A DNA stretch of 49,447 nucleotides from a virus: the IMG/VR virus record IMGVR_UViG_3300050019_000017, positions 1 to 49,447 of that record, one strand, 5' to 3'. Positions 7,078 through 14,107 of this stretch are shown one piece after another. Made by a program: the position numbers and the translations under genes. The first letter of the stretch is position 1; each line of letters starts with the position of its first letter. The notes beneath the pieces were generated by a model. It worked only from the letters and a program-made list of their open reading frames with translations, made no database searches and had not been told where the DNA came from.

Positions 7078-7316
7078 TAAAAGCACCATTACCGACACGT
7101 TTCAAAAGAAGTAAGTACCCCTTTGCTCAAATGAAGGTAGGAGATTCTATTTTCGTTCCTGTTGATGAACGATTGCAACGTAATATTCGTGTAGCTATGT
7201 CTGATTTCAATGCTGTAAATGATTGGGGCTTGAAATCTATTAAGTTGCCAGATGGACGTTTGCAAATTTATAGGTCCGGTAATCTTGCTCAAGCACCAGT
7301 GTGGGAAGGAAAGTAA
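7062..7316 (+). CDS. hypothetical protein with a YPFAQMKVGDSIFVP motif
   Basis: GTG start. It shares the YPF-x-QM-x-VGDS-x-FVP ... I(Y/W)R pattern with the C-terminus of 9244..9918. Confidence 0.45.
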   Translation: MPFEIVKAPLPTRFKRSKYPFAQMKVGDSIFVPVDERLQRNIRVAMSDFNAVNDWGLKSIKLPDGRLQIYRSGNLAQAPVWEGK

Positions 7317-7539
7317 TATTGCTACAAAGAATTTAATTGCTCATGCTGCACATAATTGTGTTTATAGAGCAATTAGACAGAACAAACTTAAACCGCCGTA
7401 TTATCTAGTTTGTGCTGATTGTGGTTGGAGTCCTTGCGAGTATCATCATCCAAATTATAAATATCCGCTTAAAGTTATACCATTATGTCGTTGGTGTCAT
7501 AAACGGAGACACAAACATAGAAAGAAGAAAATAAAATGA
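7252..7539 (+). CDS. HNH-type endonuclease (small)
   Basis: CADCG...EYHHPNYKYP...CRWCHKRRH fits the CxxC..HH..CxxCH pattern. The start is uncertain (ATG 7252 or TTG 7285). Confidence 0.6.
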   Translation: MDVCKFIGPVILLKHQCGKESNIATKNLIAHAAHNCVYRAIRQNKLKPPYYLVCADCGWSPCEYHHPNYKYPLKVIPLCRWCHKRRHKHRKKKIK

Positions 7540-7904
7540 ATATAGCAGAACGTTCAGATGTAGGTTTAGATACATTAGAACCTAGTCAAGATATGATATT
7601 TTCTATACCTTGTCCTTTATGTAATGCTAGGGCAGATCATTCTTGTTTGCCACAAGGTATTGTTTCAAGTGATGGCTATGTACCATTTCATAAGGAACGT
7701 ATAGAGTATGCTAAACGTAAGTCACTAGAACTATCTATGGTTGATAAATTCAATATTATGACCTACGCATTTTTGTTCTTAGCTAATTCATGCAGCGTTA
7801 AATCTATGGCTTTATTTAATAAGCAGTTTACTAGCGAAGAAATACAAGAGTTCTTTGCAAAGATGGCGATTGAAGCATTGAAAAAGGAAGGTCGGTTGCA
7901 CTGA
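7536..7904 (+). CDS. hypothetical protein
   Basis: 122-aa ORF with an ATGA overlap. It has a CPLC...C motif. Confidence 0.5.
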   Translation: MNIAERSDVGLDTLEPSQDMIFSIPCPLCNARADHSCLPQGIVSSDGYVPFHKERIEYAKRKSLELSMVDKFNIMTYAFLFLANSCSVKSMALFNKQFTSEEIQEFFAKMAIEALKKEGRLH

Positions 7905-8299
7905 TGCCCGGTCCTACTCCTGAATCACTCGCTCAAGCCGGTACAGAGGAAAGTGAGCAAGTTGCACTCTTTTGTTGGAGTGCTACACTTGAAGTACGTA
8001 ATCAATATCCTGAATTGCAATGGATGTTTGCTATACCGAATGGCGGATTACGCAACAAGATAGTAGCAGCTAAGTTAAAAGCACAAGGGGTTAAAGCGGG
8101 AGTACCCGACATATTTCTTCCTGTATCACGTGGTAAGTATCATGGCATATTTGTTGAGTTAAAGACACTTAAAGGTGTAGTAAGTAATATGCAAAAACAG
8201 TGGATTGCTGCGTTGCAAGTACAAGGATATGCTGCTTGTGTTTGTATAGGGTGGGAGAATACGGCAAAAATGCTAGTATCATATTTGGAGTGGAAATGA
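7904..8299 (+). CDS. VRR-NUC family nuclease
   Basis: GVPDIFLPV...GIFVELKT...QKQW matches the PD-(D/E)XK core typical of VRR-NUC domains. Confidence 0.75.
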   Translation: MPGPTPESLAQAGTEESEQVALFCWSATLEVRNQYPELQWMFAIPNGGLRNKIVAAKLKAQGVKAGVPDIFLPVSRGKYHGIFVELKTLKGVVSNMQKQWIAALQVQGYAACVCIGWENTAKMLVSYLEWK

Positions 8300-8496
8300 T
8301 TGAAATAGATTCTAATGTACCCCTACCAGACAAAGCCTGTATTAACGGGCATATTAACTCTCAACGCTTTTCTACTGGTAACTGTAAAGAATGTGAAACG
8401 GAACGGGAAAAGGTGCGTTGCCACGAAAAGAAGCAACTAGCCTACATGAAAAAGTATCGTCGATATGCACAAGCCGGAAATAAAAGCGAGAATTGA
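8296..8496 (+). CDS. Cys- and Lys-rich hypothetical protein (possible N-terminal part of the Endo VII gene)
   Basis: ATGA overlap with the upstream stop. ORF track gives the longer form 8200..8496. Confidence 0.4.
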   Translation: MIEIDSNVPLPDKACINGHINSQRFSTGNCKECETEREKVRCHEKKQLAYMKKYRRYAQAGNKSEN

Positions 8497-8722
8497 ATTA
8501 TGGCGCTACGGGCAAACATCCTCCGCCTTGATTGAAGCGCAACATGGTCTTTGTGCAATTTGTGGGGATGCTCTTGATCTTGGAAAGCGAACACATATGG
8601 ATCATAAAGAGAATAGAGTGCGTGGTGTACTTTGTCACCTTTGCAACGTTGGGCTTGGTCATTTTCGGGATTCTATCCCAAATTTGCAAGCGGCAATTTT
8701 GTACCTCGAACGGGCAAAATAG
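8465..8722 (+). CDS. recombination endonuclease VII-like HNH nuclease
   Basis: CAICG...HMDHKENRVRGVLCHLCNVGLGHF signature. Confidence 0.7.
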   Translation: MHKPEIKARIELWRYGQTSSALIEAQHGLCAICGDALDLGKRTHMDHKENRVRGVLCHLCNVGLGHFRDSIPNLQAAILYLERAK

Positions 8723-8784
8723 TTGCTGTATTGGTTGGATTGATGCATCGCATATCATCATTCAATATTTGGAGAGTCTAACTA

Positions 8785-8991
8785 ATGACACCTATAGATA
8801 TTAAATCTGAGGTACTTGCTAAGTATCCGAATGCTGTTTGCCGTAAATTTGTTGCAACAGGTCCACATACATATAGCACCCCACAATTTACTATTATTGC
8901 CAATGGCACTGAATTAGGGGCAACGTCTTTTGAAGAAAATCTTGCTTGGCAATATGCTTATCAACGCATTTATAACAGAAGCATTATATGA
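8785..8991 (+). CDS. hypothetical protein
   Basis: 68-aa ORF with GGAGAG upstream. Confidence 0.5.
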   Translation: MTPIDIKSEVLAKYPNAVCRKFVATGPHTYSTPQFTIIANGTELGATSFEENLAWQYAYQRIYNRSII

Positions 8992-9185
8992 CAGATTGCC
9001 GTGATCCCCGGATCAATATTGATGCAATCGCTATTTCTCAAGCGAGTCTTTGTGAGGATTGCCGGATGATTGTTGTGTCGCGTAACGAATCATGCCCTTT
9101 GTGCGGGTCCAAGGCGGTAATGAATTTGGCGACGATTTTAGCCGGTCAAAAGAAAAGTGAAAAAGAGCTTGACAAGCAAACATGA
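8988..9185 (+). CDS. hypothetical zinc-ribbon-like protein
   Basis: ATGA overlap with the upstream stop. It has CEDC...CPLCG. Confidence 0.5.
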   Translation: MTDCRDPRINIDAIAISQASLCEDCRMIVVSRNESCPLCGSKAVMNLATILAGQKKSEKELDKQT

Positions 9186-9197
9186 TTGTGAAATAAT
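9169..9197 (+). promoter_or_regulatory. sigma70-like promoter with extended -10
   Basis: TTGACA-N17 (ending TGa)-AATAAT, located 47 nt upstream of the ATG at 9244. Confidence 0.5.
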
Positions 9198-9243
9198 TCT
9201 CTTGCTGTAACAAATTCACCGTTTGACAACAGGAGATAACAAT

Positions 9244-9918
9244 ATGTTTGCAAGCTTGAAAGACGTTGGAAAGAACAAGTTTAAGACGAACGCGATTGCT
9301 TTGTTCACGTTCATTGTCAATTCAACCAAGGGTCCGGCTGGTGGCGGATATGCACCGCTGGCCGATGCACAGAAGGTTCTCAAAGCCGAACCTACCTTCA
9401 TCACAATCAACGAACAATTGAAAGACCCTTCAGGTAACGTGTTCATCAGCGCAACGGCTGCTGGCATCGCTGCTATTGATGGTCCGGCTGCTGGTGCTAC
9501 TGGTGGTCCCGTTCCCCCTGTAGTTCCGCCGAATGCCGTTCCGCAAGCCGGTGCCATTCCGAGTGTGAGTACTAGCAAATTCAGCTTGGAAAAGGGAATT
9601 GGCATTCCGGCAACCAAACGCGGTGGAATGAAAGGTGAAACGTATCCCTTCTCACAGATGGAAGTGGGTGATTCATTCTTTGTTCCGGCAACGGAGAAGC
9701 GGCCCGATCCGGCAAAGGCACTTGGGAGCACTCTTTTTAGTGCTGCATTGCGATTTGCTACGAAGGTGGTTGGGCAGACGCGAACCAACAAGAAAGGTCG
9801 TGAGGTTCCTGTCTATACCTTCAGCCGCAAATTCAAGGTGCGTCCGGTGGCCGCTGTTGCTGCTACTGATACTACCCCGGCGCAACCCGCTGGTGCTCGT
9901 ATTTGGCGCACTGAGTAA
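9244..9918 (+). CDS. hypothetical protein with a C-terminal YPFSQMEVGDSFFVP domain
   Basis: ORF track gives 9223..9918 with a TTG start. The ATG at 9244 has AGGAG 8 nt upstream. The gene has its own promoter and terminator. Confidence 0.6.
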   Translation: MFASLKDVGKNKFKTNAIALFTFIVNSTKGPAGGGYAPLADAQKVLKAEPTFITINEQLKDPSGNVFISATAAGIAAIDGPAAGATGGPVPPVVPPNAVPQAGAIPSVSTSKFSLEKGIGIPATKRGGMKGETYPFSQMEVGDSFFVPATEKRPDPAKALGSTLFSAALRFATKVVGQTRTNKKGREVPVYTFSRKFKVRPVAAVAATDTTPAQPAGARIWRTE

Positions 9919-9966
9919 ACCATCAACAAGCTTTAGTGAATCTGCCTCTAGTAATGTTTCTGAATC

Positions 9967-9995
9967 AAAAGCCCCCATTTTTATTGGGGGCTTTT
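9967..9995. terminator. bidirectional intrinsic terminator
   Basis: AAAAGCCCCCA / TGGGGGCTTTT 11-bp stem with a 7-nt loop, flanked by A- and T-runs, between convergent genes. Confidence 0.75.
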
Positions 9996-10334
9996 CTATT
10001 CGTAGTTTTTCAGATACTTTATAAGTTTATCGGAGTATTCTTTTTCAAACCAACCAACTACAAGGTTGCAAGAATGGCATAACCACCCGCGTATTTTACC
10101 GTTTTTATGGCTATGATCTTTAACGAGTTTATTTGATGGCTTACCACATATTTCGCATACGCCAGTGTGAAACCCAAAACCAATAGATGTTTTGTTTTTT
10201 TGTTGCTTACACCATGCTACTTTGCACGTGAAACCTTTGCGGCAAGGTTTCAGTGGAACTGGTCCGCAAACGGCGCACACACCACGGCGATTCGCCCGAT
10301 CAATATCAGATAATCTATGAATCCATTTTCCCAT
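9996..10334 (-). CDS. Endo VII/HNH-family endonuclease
   Basis: CEICGKPSNKLVKDHSHKNGKIRGWLCHSCNLVVGWF signature. ORF track's TTG start at 10352 lies inside a hairpin, so I prefer the ATG at 10334. Confidence 0.7.
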   Translation of the reverse strand: MGKWIHRLSDIDRANRRGVCAVCGPVPLKPCRKGFTCKVAWCKQQKNKTSIGFGFHTGVCEICGKPSNKLVKDHSHKNGKIRGWLCHSCNLVVGWFEKEYSDKLIKYLKNYE

Positions 10335-10350
10335 GTCGCAATTATAACTC

Positions 10351-10376
10351 AAAAAGCCCCTGCGAGGGGGCTTTTT
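10351..10376. terminator. hairpin with the same stem as 9967..9995
   Basis: AAAAAGCCCC / GGGGCTTTTT 10-bp stem with a 6-nt loop. Confidence 0.6.
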
Positions 10377-10456
10377 TGACTTCTCATTTGGAGCACCAGT
10401 AATAGGGGCAGATTTATTTTGTGCCTATAGCTTGACAAGTGATGTAGAATCGGCGC

Positions 10457-10939
10457 ATGAAAACTTTCCGGTTTACCCTACTCATTACCTTGCTTTTGGC
10501 GGCATCTTTCGCATGTGCTCAAAAGAGTCCCATTAGCGCGTGTTCACTTCATGCTATCGTGGCTTCGGATACTTCATCCGGCGCACTTGAAATGATCCCG
10601 ATTCCTACTCAGGGTGTAAATTACATTTACGTTAACGGATCACGTGTAGTTAACCCCCGTTCCCCTTCCATTCACATTTGCAGTTTGGAGATTCGGGTTA
10701 AACAACCCGGTTCCGCTCCTGCTTCGTTTGGGCTTGTTACTGGTACAGGAACTAACTGTGCTACTGGACAGGCTAGTTTGACTACCCAATGGGCCGGTAC
10801 TATCAGCGTCACAGATTCATGGTCGCCTCAGTGGGCTTCTGATATAGGTCCGGTTGCTCCTGCTGGTACAGCGGTGTGTTTGCTTCTGTCCACTGCTCCT
10901 ACAGCGGCACAGGCTTACGTTACTTACGGTGTGTTCTAG
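10457..10939 (+). CDS. secreted protein, paralogue of the C-terminal domain of 11011..12879
   Basis: Signal peptide MKTFRFTLLITLLLAASFACAQ. It shares the ICS...GTGTxCATG...CLL.S...Y signature with the next gene. Confidence 0.6.
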   Translation: MKTFRFTLLITLLLAASFACAQKSPISACSLHAIVASDTSSGALEMIPIPTQGVNYIYVNGSRVVNPRSPSIHICSLEIRVKQPGSAPASFGLVTGTGTNCATGQASLTTQWAGTISVTDSWSPQWASDIGPVAPAGTAVCLLLSTAPTAAQAYVTYGVF

Positions 10940-11010
10940 TCGCATTTCGTTTTGCGGAAACTGTCAAGGGAAGTGAAATATCTTCCCTTTGGGCTGTATG
11001 GAGATTCATA

Positions 11011-12879
11011 ATGAAACGTAGTGCTTTTTTTCTATTCATGTTGGTTGCTTCATTTGTATCTGCTCAAACTGTCACATTTACAGGTACTAAATTTCAAGAT
11101 GCTAACGGCAATACAGGCACTTTGAACGGTACTATTTCTTTTCAGCCAACCAACCAATTTGGGCAACCTATCAATGGCAAGGTAGGCGGCGGTGGACAAA
11201 TGAGTTATGTCCCTGTCACTTGCGCTATTAGTCATGGTGCCGTTGCCACAGGTTGTAAGTTGGTTGATACTGCTCTAACCGCTCCTGCTAATATTGGTTA
11301 TACAATTATATGGAAACCTGCCGCTACGCTTGTGGGTAGTAAGCTTTCTCAGCCTTCCGCGCTTGGTTCATATACGAATGTACAGCCTCAAGCAAACAAT
11401 TCATGGTGTACTTCGGGCACTTGCAATTTTGATAACTTCGTTCCTAACAGTACAAATTTGCCGCTTGGTTATTCTGTTAGCGATCTTGCTGTGGGTAATC
11501 TTATTGTTGATCATTGTCAAGGTGCGGGATGTTCTACTGGTAGTGGCATGACATGGCCGGGGGGTGTGGTGTCGGGTATTGTCAACTATCAGTATCCTAA
11601 TTCATGGGGATCAGTGTATAATACTACGAACTTGATTCCGTTCAACTTTTTGAATGGAGTGCAAGCTTCATTAGGTTTTACTCCTGAAAATGTAGCACAT
11701 AAAGGTGCTGCGTCGGGTTATGCACCGCTTGATATAAATGCTCTATTACCCGCTGGCAACCTTCCTGAAGGTGATCTTGGCAAAATTCCGATTGGTCAAG
11801 GTCCGGGCATCCCGGCTGTATTTGCTGATCCTCTTGTACAAGGTACACAGGTTGATGGTAGTGCTACAGAGGCTAATCCAGTTTTAGGTGGTATTTGGGA
11901 TGGTGCCCATCATCGCGCAATGTACGGTGATTCATCCGGTAGATTGTGGGTAAACATATTCAATTCAGTTGCCGTGACAGGTACATTTTGGCAATCGATA
12001 CAGCCTGTTAGTGGAACATTTTATCAAGCTACTCAGCCGGTTTCTGGTACTTTTTATCAAGCCACACAACCTATTTCATCTTTACAATTACCTACTGCTT
12101 TAGACGGTAGTGGTTTCTTAAAGACGCATGAACAAGGTATAGTAGGAGTTACAGGTACATTCTGGCAAGCAACACAGCCCATATCTTCTATTCAACTTCC
12201 TAGTGCTCTTGACGGCAGCGGTTTCTTAAAAGTATCTATTCAAAATGCTACGCTTGCTATTACGGGTACATTTTGGCAAAGTGTTCAACCTGTGAGCGGA
12301 ACCTTCTGGCAGACTAAGCAACCTATTTCACAAGCTGATGGTGACAATGTTACACTTGGTACAAAGGCTGATGCAGCAGATACACACACAGATACTACTG
12401 CTATTTCTATTGTTTCTATTCTTAAAGCAATTAGTGCTAAAGCACAATCACCCGCTGCTTTACCTGCTAATCAAAGTGTTAATCAAGCGCAAATTGGCGG
12501 AACAAGTATTGTTGCTGATCCTTGTCAAACCAGTGCCAAAACATTTATATCAATTAGTCTTACAGCTAATACGCAGTTAATTAGCGGAACGAGTGCCAAG
12601 AAAATTTATATATGTAGCATTCATTTGATTGCAGCAGCATCTACTAATGTCGCCATTGTAGAAGGCACAGGTACAGTATGTGCTACAGGAATCGCCGGTG
12701 TAGGTGGTATGGGTGGTTCAACGGCTGCTACAGGTTGGAATTTTGCTGCTAATGGCGGTATCGTTCTTGGTAATGGTGGTTATGCCATTGGTGCGGAAGG
12801 TACAAATGCTGATAATCTTTGTTTGTTAGTATCAGCAGCAAATCAAATTTCAGGGGGGTTGAGTTATGTCGCTTATTAA
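11011..12879 (+). CDS. tail-fibre-like repeat protein with an N-terminal signal-like peptide
   Basis: ORF track gives 10876..12879. The ATG at 11011 has GGAG upstream and yields MKRSAFFLFMLVASFVSAQ. It also has GFTPENVAHKGAASGYAPLD and GTFWQxxQPVSG repeats. Confidence 0.7.
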   Translation: MKRSAFFLFMLVASFVSAQTVTFTGTKFQDANGNTGTLNGTISFQPTNQFGQPINGKVGGGGQMSYVPVTCAISHGAVATGCKLVDTALTAPANIGYTIIWKPAATLVGSKLSQPSALGSYTNVQPQANNSWCTSGTCNFDNFVPNSTNLPLGYSVSDLAVGNLIVDHCQGAGCSTGSGMTWPGGVVSGIVNYQYPNSWGSVYNTTNLIPFNFLNGVQASLGFTPENVAHKGAASGYAPLDINALLPAGNLPEGDLGKIPIGQGPGIPAVFADPLVQGTQVDGSATEANPVLGGIWDGAHHRAMYGDSSGRLWVNIFNSVAVTGTFWQSIQPVSGTFYQATQPVSGTFYQATQPISSLQLPTALDGSGFLKTHEQGIVGVTGTFWQATQPISSIQLPSALDGSGFLKVSIQNATLAITGTFWQSVQPVSGTFWQTKQPISQADGDNVTLGTKADAADTHTDTTAISIVSILKAISAKAQSPAALPANQSVNQAQIGGTSIVADPCQTSAKTFISISLTANTQLISGTSAKKIYICSIHLIAAASTNVAIVEGTGTVCATGIAGVGGMGGSTAATGWNFAANGGIVLGNGGYAIGAEGTNADNLCLLVSAANQISGGLSYVAY

Positions 12880-13627
12880 GCGGGGGCGCCTCTGCTTCCT
12901 TCTACTCGGCTTCGCCTTTGCGTGCACGACGGCGATGGGGCAGATTGCAATCGTAAACAACGGCACTCCGGCGCACGCGAAATGTGCCGCCGACGGTGGC
13001 TGCACGACTCCGGGAATAAACACCATCGGGGCTTCAATTGAATTTGCCGCGTGCTACTCCTACGGCGTGAACTGCACGGTCTCGTCCACTCCATCTAATA
13101 CATGGCGGTTGGTGGGCGGGGCTTGCTACTCCGGAGGTAGTCTTCATGCCTGTTTGTACCAAGCATACGGGCCTCCCTCGACGGGCACAGCCCAAACGGC
13201 AACATTCGCCGGGTCTTACAATGGGGGATTTTTCCTCGCCTTCACTGGGACGCCTCCAGATGCCACCGCCTTCGATTCCATCAGTGGTTTCGGTGCTAGT
13301 TCCCCAACTACAATCTCTCCCGGCTCGCTCACCCCTGCGGCCCCAAATGAGTTGCTTATTTCTCTGGTGGGAGGGCTTTACAACGCCGGGTCCGTGACGG
13401 TGGATTCTGGATTCTCTGTGTTGGACAGCTTTCCTTATTCTTCGGGAGTTTATTTCGGGGGGGCGGTGGCCGTGCTGGTTGACGCTAACACTGCCCCCGT
13501 AAATCTGACGTGGACTTTTCCAGTGCCCGCAGCCTATGGCGCGGCTACGTTGGTCGCAGGGTTTAAACCTGCTGCCGTTGCGTCGAAGACCTGCACCCTC
13601 GCCACTATGGGTGCTGGACCCTGTTAA
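12866..13627 (+). CDS. secreted hypothetical protein encoded by a GC-rich island
   Basis: Signal peptide MSLIKRGRLCFLLLGFAFACTTAMGQ. The start overlaps the upstream gene and the stop abuts the next ATG. GC is visibly higher than in the flanks. Confidence 0.6.
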   Translation: MSLIKRGRLCFLLLGFAFACTTAMGQIAIVNNGTPAHAKCAADGGCTTPGINTIGASIEFAACYSYGVNCTVSSTPSNTWRLVGGACYSGGSLHACLYQAYGPPSTGTAQTATFAGSYNGGFFLAFTGTPPDATAFDSISGFGASSPTTISPGSLTPAAPNELLISLVGGLYNAGSVTVDSGFSVLDSFPYSSGVYFGGAVAVLVDANTAPVNLTWTFPVPAAYGAATLVAGFKPAAVASKTCTLATMGAGPC

Positions 13628-14107
13628 ATGGCTGAAGTAGAACAAGCCGAATTAAAGACACGATTCGCAGAGGAATTGTTGCGTGAGCCTAACGAGTTTA
13701 AGGCTGCGCTGATCGTGTTTCCAAATGATGTAGCTACGGCTATGCGCGTTGCCGGTGAATGGGCACATGATACATTTGTTGCTTCAGAGAAGCTTAGGCT
13801 ACTTGATGATCTTGGTCCTAAAGCATTCTTAATTTCAAAGGAAGATCAGGCTAAAGATATTTATGCAATTGCTCAGGATGAAAAGCTTGACGTTGAAGTG
13901 CGTTTGAAAGCACACAGACTATATGCTGAAATTATGGGTAATATTGAAAAGCCACAAACGGGGGTCAATGTTAATGTAGGTGTTCAAAGTCATGTCATGG
14001 TTGTTAAGGATCATGGTACTGACGATGAATGGGAATCAAAGGCTATTAAACAACAGGCTAGATTGGTGGAAGATGCTAACCGAGAGATACAAGCCCAAAC
14101 CAATTGA
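13628..14107 (+). CDS. putative terminase small subunit
   Basis: It lies directly upstream of terL. RLKAHRLYAEIMGNIEK resembles small-terminase helices. This is a weak call. Confidence 0.45.
   Translation: MAEVEQAELKTRFAEELLREPNEFKAALIVFPNDVATAMRVAGEWAHDTFVASEKLRLLDDLGPKAFLISKEDQAKDIYAIAQDEKLDVEVRLKAHRLYAEIMGNIEKPQTGVNVNVGVQSHVMVVKDHGTDDEWESKAIKQQARLVEDANREIQAQTN

Noticed and set aside
9216-9791. 191-aa antisense ORF, plus 9635..10024(+) and 9673..9978(-)
   Set aside because: They overlap the well-supported gene 9244..9918, which has a promoter, AGGAG site and terminator. They lie in a GC-richer stretch that suppresses stops.
10432-10450. TTGACA and TAGAAT boxes upstream of 10457 considered as a promoter
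   Set aside because: The two hexamers are only 7 nt apart, which is incompatible with sigma70 spacing. No acceptable -35 lies 16-18 nt upstream of TAGAAT.
11974-12333. Possibility that the fibre repeats are part of a diversity-generating retroelement
   Set aside because: I found no reverse transcriptase anywhere in the genome and no near-identical template/variable repeat pair.
13034-13645. 203-aa antisense ORF, plus 12876..13094(-) and 13146..13397(+)
   Set aside because: These are shadow ORFs of the kind expected in a GC-rich gene. Their translations are Arg/Gly-rich. The sense ORF has a signal peptide and tight coupling to its neighbours.
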